Below the pieces are notes generated by a model that did no database searches, had not been told where the DNA came from, and saw nothing but the letters and a program-made list of their open reading frames with translations. A stretch of 64,000 bases of DNA from Camelus ferus. Lineage: Eukaryota. The DNA lies in the NCBI RefSeq assembly GCF_009834535.1, contig NC_045697.1:3598001-3662000 (forward strand). Reading direction: 5' to 3'. Of this stretch, positions 63,711 to 64,000 are shown piece after piece. Both the position numbers and the translations under genes were made by a program. Within the stretch, counting starts at the first letter, position 1; every line of letters begins with the position of its first letter.

Positions 63711-64000
63711 ACTCAGCATCCACCCACCACAGCCAAAGTGACTCACGATAGCAGTTTAGGGGCCTGAGATGAGTCAGAGGAGGTGGTTAAAACTCTGCTG
63801 GCCTGACCGAGTCACGACCCCTCCAGCCCCAGACACAAGCACCCAGGGGCCCCGTCCCTGGAGTTGCCACCATGCCCCGGCCTAACTCAGGGGCCATCCT
63901 TTCCCACGAAGACCACAAGAGGAGCTGTCTCTGCAACATCTGTCCTCCTGACGTTTTGATGATGTATTTGTTTTGCAAAACTCTGAGTGGAGCATAGAGC

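Noticed and set aside
1..64000. Hundreds of 60-280 aa ORFs in the supplied track
   Set aside because: They overlap on all frames, are Pro/Gly/Arg/Ser-rich, often begin at GTG/TTG, cross repeats and show no recognisable domain. This is expected by chance in GC-rich mammalian DNA.
1..64000. Naming the species or the host/neighbouring gene
   Set aside because: No exon or diagnostic SINE was recognised. BLASTN of the unique islands (27850-28230, 51560-52200) would be needed.

Overview
This is GC-rich eutherian mammal genomic DNA, either intergenic or inside a long intron. No protein-coding gene, RNA gene, CRISPR array or prokaryotic system can be supported, and the ORF track is what GC-rich non-coding DNA produces by chance. 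The window is full of old interspersed repeats: MIR, L2, L1M 3' fragments, MaLR MLT1 LTRs, one ERV1-type solo LTR, and the DNA-transposon fossils MER5A, MER20, MER103C, MER104 and a Tigger2/MER8-like MITE. Between them lie repeat-free, AT-rich, motif-dense islands that look like enhancers. I saw no Alu, B1/B2, PRE-1, Bov-tA, CHR or CAN SINE. Four structures are not explained by known repeats: an 85-bp, 89%-identical inverted repeat (9191-9275 / 10118-10202) whose mismatches are mostly CpG decay; a 44-bp near-perfect copy placed exactly where an MLT1A LTR breaks off (31329-31372, matching 32946-32989); an old ~125-bp direct duplication that appears to predate an MLT1 insertion (27190 / 28985); and a 60-nt candidate exon (14207-14266). 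Repeat families were assigned by eye from remembered consensus sequences, so subfamily names and boundaries are approximate. I found no convincing novel biological system.
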